From Macrostomum hystrix (taxonomy: Eukaryota > Animalia > Platyhelminthes): DNA of 64,000 nt. Shown piece after piece: positions 36,245-47,744 of this stretch (its first letter is position 1; each line of letters opens with the position of its first letter). A program made the translations under genes and the position numbers. Below the pieces are notes generated by a model, which saw only the letters and a list, made by a program, of their open reading frames with translations, searched no databases and was not told where the DNA came from. The stretch is taken from the NCBI GenBank assembly GCA_950097015.1, contig CATNEN010000011.1, positions 3,782,001 to 3,846,000 of the forward strand, read 5' to 3'.

Positions 36245-36830
36245 TACCGATCAGTCTCACTGATCAGTGTCAGTCACTCTCACAGATCAGTGTCAGTCAC
36301 TCTCACTGATCAGTGTCAGTCACTCTCACAGATCAGTGTCAGTCACTCTCACAGATCAGTCTCAGTCACTCTCACAGATCAGTGTCAGTCACTCTCACAG
36401 ATCAGTGTCAGTCACTCTCACAGATCAGTGTCAGTCACTCTCACAGATCAGTCTCAGTCACTCTCACAGATCAGTGTCAGTCACTCTCACAGATCAGTGT
36501 CAATCACTCTCACTGATCAGTCTCAGTCACTCTCACAGATCAGTGTCAATCACTCTCACTGATCAGGGTCAGACACTCTCACTGATCAGGGTCAGACACT
36601 CTCACTGATCAGTGTCAGTCACTCTCACAGATCAGTGTCAGTCACTCTCACTGATCAGTCTCAGTCACTCTCGCTGATCAGTGTCAGTCACTCTCGCTGA
36701 TCAGTCTCAGTCACTCTCACTAATTAGTTTCAATCACTCTCACTGATCAGGGTCAGACACTCTCACTGATCAGGGTCAGACACTCTCACTGATCAGTGTC
36801 AGACACTCTCACTGATCAGTGCCCCAGTGT
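36245..36830. repeat. 23-bp minisatellite
   Basis: gatcagtgtcagtcactctcaca units. Confidence 0.92.
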
Positions 36831-37979
36831 GAGAGATACAATTCAGACTACTGACAACAGTAGAAAAGCAAAGAATTGGCTGCAAAACTCTCACATAACA
36901 CTAAAAAAATATCGCCATAAAAATGGCAAGCTTAAAAGAAACTTCTGTGCACACTAAGAGTGGTGGGAGAGGACTGCGTGTGGCTTGTGTCACTTGATTA
37001 TCGATAATTGATTAGAGCGAAGGCTGGATGGGTAGATAGATCCATTCTCTATGGGTGCATGACGACAGGTTGACCAATGGCGCTAGACTGTACCTCCTTT
37101 ACGCTGGTGAAAATGCTTATGAAAAGGTACTAATTAGCTGTTTATAACTTTAGCTTAGGGGACTTACGTAGGGGACTCATGTAGGTACTTAAAATTGTGA
37201 CAATTCAAACTTATAGGGTGGGTGTGGCGTCCTCCCCCAGTCCATGGACTGAACAGCCGTTCGCAGCTTTCAGATGCGTCCAGTTTATAAAATTTTAGAT
37301 TATGGATTAATTCATTATAAGTGTACTGTTGCACAGTCATAAAATTTCGTATTTTATCATTCTTTCGGGATTGTTTTCTGCTATCGAATGCTCATTCAAA
37401 AGTTTTATGCTATTTTGCATGCATTTTTAAACAAGCGATTCAAACATACACAGTAATTTGTTCAAATATTTTGATATTTTGTAAAATTTCACTCTTTTTT
37501 ACACCGCTGCTCGATTTAAGTTTCTATCGATACTTTACCGGTTAATCAGCTACTAGAAAAAAGTGAGCAGTCTGATACAGGAAAATACAGAAAAAAACTT
37601 GGAATATCAAAATAATTGTATATAGAATCAAATGGAATGTCGGATATTAAATTGAGAATTAGCACTGAGTAAACTCTAGATTTACTGTGGATTCACAGGG
37701 AAAGATTAGTACAGTAGTTTAAAGCGATCGATTAAGTCAAAAAGTACACATTTTTAATTAGTGCTTCTGCTACTTTGTGTTAAAACCGGTTATTTTCGGA
37801 TGCGAAAAAAATTACTTGAAACTGTGCAGAAAATCTATTCAAAGCTGTATGCACTTAAAAACTACGAATTTCTTGGACGAAAACATGCCAGTTATAATGG
37901 GTTCGGGGTTAGGGTATTGCTTCTAGGATACCGAACGAATCTATGATTCAGGCCCAAACGGCATCAATTCTTCTACACC

Positions 37980-38440
37980 CACCTAACTCCACTCTTTGAC
38001 ATCCACCTCACTCCACTCTTCAATACCCACCTCACTCAACTCTTCGACACCCAGCTTACTACACTTTTTGACATCCACCTCACTCCCCTCTTTAATACTC
38101 ACCTCACTCCACTCTTCGACACTCACCTTACTACACTCTTCGACACCCACCTCACTCCCCTCTTCGACACCCACCTCACTCCACTCTTCGACACCCACCT
38201 TACTACACTCTTCGACACCCACCTCACTCCCCTCTTCGACACCCACCTCACTCCACTCTTCGACACCCACCTTACTACACTTTTTGACATCCACCTCACT
38301 CCCCTCTTTAATACTCACCTCACTCCACTCTTCGACACCCACCTCACTCCACTCTTCGACACCCACCTCACTCCACACTTCGACACCGACCTCACTCTTC
38401 AATACCCACCTCACTCTACTCTGCGACACTCATCTCACTC
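37980..38440. repeat. 24-bp minisatellite; family also at 59120-59400 and 60530-60770
   Basis: ttcgacacccacctcactccactc units. Confidence 0.92.
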
Positions 38441-39015
38441 TCACTCATATTTGGGGGACATATGAGTATGGATTGGTGCAGATGGGGTTGCGGAGGGGAG
38501 AAGTGAAGTCAGGGATATTGGAGAATAGTGCAGGCGATACCCCAGTTGGTTGTGGCTTTAATGGTGTTGGACTTTGGGTGAAAATGAAAAAATGTACTTT
38601 AAACGGTAAATAAAACCTACTTACAGATGTTGTAATCACAAAGAACAACATGGCAGTTAAATACACAGAACCTTGGTTAAATAGAGTAGTTTTGAGTTAA
38701 AACTGCGATAGCACAGCAAGAAACAAATACTCTGGTTCGTTCATAATTTTACGAAAAAAAATAAAAACTTTCGCGTAATTAAATCGAAAAATAAGTCGAT
38801 ACGCTAGTAACTAGCCTAGAAAACTTAGTAGTTTTTTTAACGACGAAAATGACGACTTTTCGAAGCTTCAAGAAAAAAGCGGTTGATCATCGTTCGTATA
38901 AATAAATTAAATCTTTAGCATGAGGACACTCGGTATAAATTCCCATTCATTTAGTCCTTTCTGCTGAAAAATCGCGCCACCCCTCCCGCTGTCCATGGAC
39001 TATTAAATAAGACAA

Positions 39016-41775
39016 TCACGGCTCAACAGGCGGCGAGTCCCAGCTGTATGGTGGCGGTGGACGAGCCCGTCCTCCGCTGACCAGGCCGTCGTTGAAACCA
39101 CCGCGAGGCATTTCAGGTTGAGAGGTGTATGGCGGTGGTGGAACTTGCTGCTGCTGCTGCTGACTGCTGCTCCCTTCACCGGAGCTGTTCACATTGGTCG
39201 AAGATCCGGCCACTTTCAATGAAACAGTCGGCACCGGGCCGCTGCAGCCGTCGTAAAAAGCGGCCGAGCCGTAGGCTGGCGCCGATGGCACTGCGACGCC
39301 GACCATGCCGACGCCGCGGCGGAAGCTCGATGCAATTCTGGCAGCGAAGTTCGGCCTGGACCGCTGCGATACTGCCGCCGCGGTAGTCGCTCGTTTCTTC
39401 TTGCACATTGAGCAGCAGATGACCAGGATTGTGACGACTGCGACGACTGCCACTAGGACAGCCAGACAGCCGATCACAATGGGAATCGGACTCTTGTGTC
39501 GCTCTTCATCGACAATGGTATGATGGCCTTATTGGTGGAGATTGGGATGACTCGATAATACTAACTGCTGGAACCAATGCTAAACATTCACCACCCAAAT
39601 TTTAAAATATCGTACGAGGGCCAACACGAGGGCCAAGCCTCACGGATGAGAAAGTCAGGTCAGATTTACAACAATCATAATAAAATTTATTACACCTGCC
39701 CCGATTGGGCCAGATGTGCAGCCGACAGCACAGCCGCAGCTAATGCGCGGCGCATCTGAAGGCTGCGTACGGCTGTTCAGTCCATGGACTGGGGAACGCC
39801 ACACAGCCACACCCACCATCAGTTACCCTTGCTGGTACCCAATTAACAGCTGGGTGAACTGAACCAATTCAAAGTTAAGTGTCTTGCTGTAGGGTACAAA
39901 TTTTTCCAGTGGAGTCGGGAATCGAACCCTCGACCTTTAAGTCGTGAGTAGGACGCTCTAACCACTAGGCTAGAACCACTTGTACGTACACGCTATATCA
40001 GTGCGTGTGTGAGCTCATCGGAATGAGTAGAATTTACCTACGCGATTCTATGAGTCGACTGTCATAAAAAATGATGAAAATAATAACTGCAGGATGGCTG
40101 CGGGCAATGGCACATCATTTGGTGACACTAGACCCGCAGCCAGCGAGGAGGCAATTTTGCCTCTAACTGTGCCTTGGAGGTTTGCCCTTAAGGGTAAAAA
40201 TTGCACGACAAGCGCCCAAGCCTTCTCTCCGCGGCTGGGCGCCAAAATAATATTGCCTCACCGCGGAATCGAGCTCAGGGATTTCGGTGCGAGAGGTAAA
40301 ACGCGTTAACGACTCTGCCACTCACCCCTTGTTACCAAAATGTTGATTAAAAACGATAAATTCCATTCGACCAACCTTGCCGACAGTTGCTAGCGTAGCT
40401 ACAGTCGCCACCAGTGCCGGAAGTGCAGTTGACGTTCTTTTGTTGATTATCAACAGAAGCAGATGCCGGCTGTGTGCTGCAAACTGGCTCAGGCACCCAG
40501 CTGGATATTCTACGAGTAGAAGAACAGCCGCAGCGGCGCTGCCGACTGCGCTTGAGCAGGCAGCTGGAGGACCCGGCCAGACTGGTACTAGCCGGATCGA
40601 TGTACCACGAACTCCAGTACGCCCAGGGACACCAAACAGTTGATCTGCCGGGATCGGGTCTGGAATGGCGCGCGGTTTGAGTACTATGAGTATCATGGTT
40701 TGGAGATTATCAGCTGGGCTACTACCAAGCCATTTTGCCGCCCGCTTTTATACTAAGGGGGGATTCCCCCAGGGAAATTATTTTTGGCAGCGCTGAATGA
40801 TAGCAGCGTTAAGTGGTGACTGATTGGCTGAAAGGCTAGGCGATGGTGTCCTGTGGTTGAGCTGCGCCTAATATATAGGCTTGATCAGTGAAATTGGAGA
40901 AATTCGGATCAGGGTATCCATAGTGGCCTAGTTCCACCTGTTGTGGCCCTTGAAGGTCCAGGAAATCCGTCTAGATAAAGGTAGTTGACCACCAAAGAGA
41001 GAGATGCTGCAGGCACATTCTGGTGACATGCTGATGCATTTTGAAGGCCTGGCAAGGCCGCACTGAGGCGCAGTGCTAATTCGTATATTGGTGTGTATGA
41101 AATACACCAGCGCGTATGGGAAAAATACCACCTTCGGCCAAAACTAAAGAAAATATTTCTCGACGATCTGATGAGCTGGCGAATCTTACTTCAGATAATG
41201 CGCAACAAAAAGTTGGGCCGTGTTCTTGAGTTTAGCGTTCTTGCGCTGTTCTGTTTGGATGCACTCAGGGGTGGCGGAAATCCTAGCTCTTTCTTAGTTC
41301 TACTGTTATAGAAGACTTGAAGAGACATCGATTGTAAGTCTTGTACTAAGGAACAATTCACATAATGTACATATACTCACATGGGATAGGCGGTAGTGCA
41401 GGCTTCCACTTTCAAATGAACCGCAAAGGAGCCAGACAGAAATGCATCATTAACCGGACACCTCATGCCTCGATAGCGGCCACTTTTCGCCAATTGTTCG
41501 GGGCCCCCATCTCGTCGGCCCGTGAATGGACCCGGGCAGACGTTCTTAGCCAAAGGCGGCTCGCTGTTGCAACAGAAACGCTGCCGACGCAATTGACATT
41601 CGACCGTCTCTCTGGGAGCGCTGTGCCACCACGGTACTGGCGTGCGCTTAGTCTCGCAGGTCCACGGCAGCCAGGGGCACCAGCCAGTGTTGTCTGCCGC
41701 CTGTGCGCAACATGCCGTGACGACTAGAAGTGTCCAAGCGAGCAAGACAGCAGCTCGAAGTTCGCTGATGGTCAT
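39016..41775 (-). CDS. Type I membrane protein, 391 aa: signal peptide, two TSP1-like Trp/Cys modules, TM helix, cytoplasmic PPxY motifs; exons 41775-41381, 40644-40376, 39527-39016
   Basis: WCPWLPWTC...RRQRFCC and WCPWAYWSSW...RSRQRRCGC; IVIGCLAVLVAVVAVVTILVICC; PPPPY twice; phase-2 and phase-1 GT-AG introns give one open frame. Confidence 0.75.
39675..39972 (-). mobile_element. tRNA-derived SINE family B, longest copy
   Basis: A and B boxes, central gcaagacacttaac...cacccagctgttaattgggtacc, tail cagtccatggactgaacagccg...gggcaggtgtaataaatttt. Confidence 0.8.
40088..40326 (-). mobile_element. SINE family A (internally deleted)
   Basis: Matches 6823-7130 at both ends. Confidence 0.8.
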
Positions 41776-42451
41776 TGGAATGTCTTCAATTATACAATAG
41801 TCCAGATAGCAAGTTTGCAGCTTGAGTATAGACTTCTCGAGCTATTGAGTCTCTCCTTTTACGAGGCTGCAGAAAGTTAAAGTAATTTACACCTCGTCCA
41901 CCTCACGATATTTAATTTAACTTCATCTCGCAGTTTCGCACACAAACTCAGACCCAACTAGAGATGGGGCGTGGCTGCCCAGTGATATTCTTTTTCCTGT
42001 CTTAACCCGTCAAGCAAGTCGCAAATGCAAATGAGTTTCTCATTTCTACCTTGCTAGACAAAAAGGGAAGAGAGTGCATAGCAACGCTGTGCATGGCGAG
42101 GAAGAGAGAATGACGTATAGAACATCGATTGGCGACATAAGAGCGTATTCTGCAAGGGCGCTGAGCAGGGAAGAACGTCAACAGTTACTGTACTGTAGAA
42201 CTATCAACTCGCTGCTGTGTATTCTATAGGCTATTCATTTTAGGCAGCACTTTTATTTGTACAGCTTTACATATTGTACAGTTTGAGAAAACAAAAGCGC
42301 ATTCGTTTAAGCTGGAAATATGGAAATTTGTGGAGCATAGGGTTTGCCAGTCAGGAAAAACTGGTTTTAAAAAGCTACTTTAGCCTCAGCCTTTAGACCC
42401 AAAAGGCTCTAAATTCTTTCAAAAAGAATCGAAAACGAGAAGCATAAAATA

Positions 42452-43778
42452 TAACTTTTTGCGATCTAATTGGCCAATTTGCCAGCCTGGGATAGACAAA
42501 AAAGCACAGTGGCCCAGATTTCACCATAGAATCTGCCGCAAACTGCGATCAAATTGGCCAGCAGTAAACTTAGCAATCAGTTGCATTGTACTGAAGGATA
42601 TTCATTAAGTAAACAGTGCAAGGAACGATAAACATGCCTACCGACTGTACATATTGAACCCAATTCATGCTGATGAGCAGACTTTAACCAATATAAATGT
42701 TAGCAAGCGCAAAAAATGGCAAAGAATGGCGAATATGGCGGCAGGAACCGGAAGTCGTGTCCACCTGACATTGTGGGGGCATTGAGGTCGTCAAATAGGA
42801 TCACGAAATCGCCTCCCACCAGCTGGTCAACTTCGGACAGAAATGCGCAGAAGTGTTCATTGCGGACGCCTCCCTCCACCAGAGCAAAGTGAACCAGGCC
42901 AGTCTCCTGAGAAATCGCAAAGCAAATGCTGAGATTTCTTCCGCGTTGTCCATTTACAATCGCAACCGCCCGTTCACCCTGTACAGCTCGGCCTTGAGTG
43001 CGTGAGGTCCACAAGTTCACTCCGAACTCGTCCATGTACAGCAGATGTTTCTGGCTCCCGTGCTCCAACAGCCACTCAACGTGCATCATTCGAGCCTCCA
43101 TCGTGACCTCTTCATTCCAATTCCGCGGCACCTGCCTGACCAGCTTGAGGGTAACTAGGCGGCCATCAAGTGCGCGGCTTATGGTCGTGAGGTTCACATT
43201 TGGAGCATTTGGAAACTCTATAGGATGAGATGGCTCTTCATCTGCTGCAGAGTCGCTGTCGGATTGCCACCAATGTATGCGCAAATGCTGTCGAGCATGG
43301 CGTCGGTCAACGACTTGCGCTTGTCACCTCCTCGAGGCAGAGGTTCAGTACGACCAGTGGCTGCGAACATTCCTACGATGTTTCTTACTGTTTTTCTAGC
43401 GATGCCCATCAGCCGACCCAGATGCTGCCAGTCACCCCAATTCTCAAATGCTGTACTATGTACTCAACCGATGGCGATCCGGTGTGGAAACTTTTCTGTA
43501 TGGACCTCTCTGGGCCATGTCGAAACTCTTCCTTTGGCTCTGACATAGAGACCTGGGCCAAATTGATCGCAGTTTAGGCCAACTTGGTCGCAGCCAAAGA
43601 TTATAAATACCCTACTTATAATCTTTGGTTTTTATAATCTTTGGTCGCAGCTAGACAACTTTGTCTATGGAAAAACCTTATCTAAGCTGAGAAAAACTTA
43701 GGGAGAGATTTTCGTCTCTACGCTTTTCATGTGGGCAAAATTGATCGCAGTTTTGGCCAACTAGATCGCAAAAAGTTC
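42452..43778 (-). mobile_element. IS630/Tc1/mariner element with TIRs and TA TSD; transposase pseudogene about 43545-42700
   Basis: TA|taactttttgcgatctaattggccaa ... ttggccaactagatcgcaaaaagttc|TA; HTH (MGIARKTVRNIV..PRGG), YMDEFGVNLW, FLPPYSPF. Confidence 0.85.
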
Positions 43779-43915
43779 TATTTGTCTGCTTTTTGGTTTG
43801 TGTGGCTGAGAAAGACCGAAGACGCGGTTCTCAGGCCGAAGCTTCTAAACATCGCGTCCGAGGTCTTTCTGCCGTAGACATCAAAAGAACAGAGAAATAA
43901 TTTACTTAATCTCCT

Positions 43916-45821
43916 GGGGGGTTTCTCGAAACCAACTTAGGAAAGACCATAGACGTAAGTTGTCTAAACCAGACTTAAGGTTTGCTGGAAACGAGCGCAA
44001 AATCCGGTCTCTTAGGATCCATCTTATATTTACTAGGTCGTATGTTTTCGCAGAAAGTCGTTTCTCGATCACGATCGTTCCTCCTAACTGCTGAAAAGGA
44101 GGAACTGTTAGATGGCGTCAACAAATATACATTTTCAAGCTCGACTTTGGCAAAAGTGACTTCATTTTGGCAGAACATAGAAAAAGCATACGCCTGCCGG
44201 CAACATGTCTATGGTCAACTGTGGTAGAATCGGTTAAAGCGTGCATTCAACTTTAGCAAAAGTGAGCGACTCAACCGAACAATAAGCCGAACGCGCGTAT
44301 ATCGCTGCAGGATCGAGAACGGCTGGTGCGCAGCTACCAAGAAGGAAGAGACTGGAGACGACTGGCGAAGGACCTCGGCATAAAGAGAACCATGACCGAC
44401 ACAATTATCCACAGGTTTGTCACTGAAGATCGCGTTGCGCTGAAGCAACGAGGAGGAGCCGTGAGGCCAAAATTTACAACACCAATGTTAAATGCTGTGA
44501 CTCGGTTTGTTGAAGAAAAGCCCATCATAACGTTGAGGGAGATGAAGGAGAAGATGGAAGCCGAACTTCCAGGCGCACCAGGCGTGTCGGTGCAGGCAAT
44601 CAGCCGTCGCCTGGACTGTACTCTGTACATCACACTGAAGGACCTTCGGCGAGTGCATGAGCACTGGAATTCGGATATCACCAAGGCGGCGCGCTTCGAC
44701 CACATGCAGTGGTATATGTAAGCCGGCATCTTCGCACACAATCTCATCTACGTGGACGAGTTTGGCTGTAATTTGTGGACGGCAAGGACAATGGGATGGG
44801 CAGGTGCCGGTGAACGTTCCGTCATGATGTCCGACAGCCAGCGCGGACAGGACTGTCGTGCTGGCAATCAGTCCGCAGCTTGGATTGGTACACCTTCGAC
44901 ACCATACTGGAGGCTTTACCGAAGTCAAGTTACATGAGTTCATGAGTGAGGTTAGTGCATTGGTGCACGACTCATTTATTGTACTGGCAGACAATGCTAG
45001 GCCGCACGGTAACCAACTCAACCTTGGCCGACAAGATCAGTCCATTCGCTACATGCCGCGTATTCGCCTTTTCTGAACGCTGCGGAGATGGCGATCTCCT
45101 GTTTGAAGGCTCAAGAGGCGCCTAACTGAACCCCGCATCGTGCAGGGGCTTCACGACAGGCATGCTGCAGCGCAGGCTGGTGAGACGCTGCAGCATCGTC
45201 GACTGCGCATTCTGACGGCTTAAGTTGAGGCAGCGTCCAGTTCCATCACCGCCGAAAAATGTCGGCAGTGGCACGAACACGTGCTGAGCTACGGACCCCG
45301 CTGCCTCACCTACAATGACATAGATCAGTGATGGTATTCAATGACTTCAACAGTAACAACGACAGTATCGTGCTTTGTATTTAAATCTTGTTTCCTAGTC
45401 CGTTTGTTACCGTTTTCCGTTCAGTTTATTGTGTTGCCGAAATTCGCTCACTTTTGCCAAAGTTGAATGCACGCTTTAGCCGATTCTACCACAGTTGACC
45501 ATAGACATGTTGCCGGCAGGCGTATGCTTTTTCTATGTGCTGCCAAAATTGAAGTCACTTTTGCCAAAGTCGAGCTTGAAAAACGTCATCAATTCGAAAT
45601 ATCAAAAAGCCGAAATACAGAAACAAAAAAATCATGCTGGGACACCATGGAAGCCATGTCACGATTTCAGCCATAGACAATTCTTTTCGCTTCTGCCTAA
45701 GTTGCGCAAAAGAAAAGATGGCTTTGGAAAATGTACTTACGAACACACTTAGGGTCTGCGCAAATTCCGGACTTACGGGGGATCTTACCATAGATCTTAT
45801 GACACTTTCGAGAAACCCCCC
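43916..45821 (+). mobile_element. Second IS630/Tc1-type element with long imperfect TIRs; transposase pseudogene about 44290-45330
   Basis: Termini ggggggtttctcgaaa; near-perfect 150-bp inverted block 44138-44290 versus 45440-45592; QRGG..KFT, YVDEFGCNLW, LADNARPH, YSPFLNAAE with stops and frameshifts. Confidence 0.8.
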
Positions 45822-45900
45822 CGTTATTAGAAGCGAGGAGAGTTGGTTCAGTTTTTAGATGTCACATCTCGCCGTAGCTGCGGTATAATACTTATTAGCC

Positions 45901-47117
45901 TGCGGTAATGGAACTTTACCAGTTGGGTGCCGAGCAAGTTAATGGCGGTCGATCGAGGCGCGTAGCGCCGAGATCGTAATCGCCATTAACTGCGAGGCAG
46001 CCAACCGGTAAAAGCATTATAAGGCTTCAGGCCATAGACAAATTAACTCCCCCTATAACGCCGTTGCTTGTCGACCGTCATTATTGTGGGGTTGATTTGT
46101 CTATGGCTAAGAGTGGGCAAGCGAGTCATCGTGCGAAGAGGGAGGGGGTTAGGAGCAGGGAGCGAAATTTATTTTAAAACTAAGTTTGTCTGCTTCTATC
46201 TTGGCTCTGGCTGAAATGGAGGAAATGGCAGCATTTCCAACCGGATTACTAGACCTGCGAGAAAGGGACGTGGTCGGTCTCACTGTGGACCAAATTGTGG
46301 AGCGCATTGCCAACCAGCGGCTATTTAATGAGCCGCCAGACAAACTGCCTGAACTGCCTGTGGATGACGTCACGGAGGCGCTATTGTCTGGATTGCCTGA
46401 ACTGCCTGATGATGACGCCACGGAGACGGTACTGTCTGGATTGGATCAGGTGGAGCTACAGAATCGCAATCGCACTGCTGTTGTCCACGAGAACTCTGCC
46501 GTCAAGAGGTTCAACGTCTGCATGAGGAAACTGAATATTGAGTGCGACCTGGCATGCGTCAATACTGAACAACTGGGCAAGTACCTACGGATCTTTTATG
46601 GCCTACTGCGCAAAGATGACGGTGGTCTGTATGCGCCGGCAAGTCTGGCATGTTTTCGCGCCGGACTTTACCGCTGCCTGAAGCGCACACGGTCAATTGA
46701 TATAATCGGTGATATTGCCTTCACTTTCACGGGATGTCACTTCTAACAAACGGTCGGAAAGCAGGACTGATTGTCACGCCGCAGCTGGTAAACTGAAATA
46801 CATTTTCCTTATTCAATCGAACTAAACTTGCTGCACCCAAAACTGTTGCCCGTTTCTGCGCACCGTTTTTCCTACATACTTTAATTTATAATTAAAAGAA
46901 ACAAATATAAGCGTCCAAATTTTGTCAGCTTCTGGCTCATGGCGGATTGGCGCAGTTTGTGCCATAGACATGCCATTATCGCTGAGTGATCGTTTATACC
47001 ATAATACGTTGCTGAAGCCTTATAATGACAAATGTCTATGGTGATTTCGTATGCGTTGGACTTAAGAGAAGTCCAAAAAGCGTGCGGTAATGGCGGTGGC
47101 ATTACCGCACGCCTTTT
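45901..47117 (+). mobile_element. Crypton element 3 (internally deleted) with N-terminal YR ORF 46186-46746
   Basis: YLRIFYGLLRKDDGGLYAPASLACFRAGLYRCL, homologous to elements 2 and 4; 5' hairpin and CCATAGAC motifs; no catalytic domain. Confidence 0.75.
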
Positions 47118-47124
47118 CAAACTG

Positions 47125-47280
47125 TAGGAAACGAGTTTATTTATGTGAATGAATAAGCGAATGAATTTGTCTATGGCGAGAAACTAAAGACGAGAAAATA
47201 ATTTGCCTAATACCAGGCTTTTGCGTGCGGAAATGTCTATGGCACTCCATAGACATTCACATAAATAAACTCGTTTCCTA
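47125..47280. mobile_element. About 155-bp MITE-like unit with 27-bp perfect TIRs
   Basis: taggaaacgagtttatttatgtgaatg and cattcacataaataaactcgtttccta; TA at both outer ends. Confidence 0.65.
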
Positions 47281-47744
47281 GCTGCCTTTTGTGACGAAAA
47301 CAGAGAGAGAGAAAAAAATCGTAAGGGATATAATTAGAAATGAAACTAATTGTGTTTTTTTACTTTCGTTTCTACGAGTAACTGCCTGTAATTTTATAAA
47401 AAGTTGTTCTCGAAAAATTCTTTATCTACGCTAGTATGTGTCTTTTGCCATTTTATTTGTTTTAGTGAGTGTCACCGTGTTTTGAATACCGAAAATGTAG
47501 ACAGAAAAAATAAATGCTGATACGTAAATTCACATTATAAAGCTGTCTAATGATCACCGAAACAACAATGTTCTCACAGTAGAATTAAATGTATTTCAAA
47601 TAATAGCCATTTACTCGTAGTAGGCCTCCTTGGCAGAATATAATGAGGAAATTACCTGCGAAAATAAAATGACGCTTAGCTTATTTACTAATTAAGAACA
47701 TTTCTCATGTAATTGTGCATCAGAGAAGTCGATTAGAAGCTAGA

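Noticed and set aside
36267-38613. Ser/Thr/His-rich and Glu/Val-rich ORFs at 36267-36608 and 37983-38613
   Set aside because: Products of stop-free 23-bp and 24-bp minisatellites.
41190-41210. Hammerhead ribozyme core (ctgatgag)
   Set aside because: No stem II or GAAA at the required spacing.
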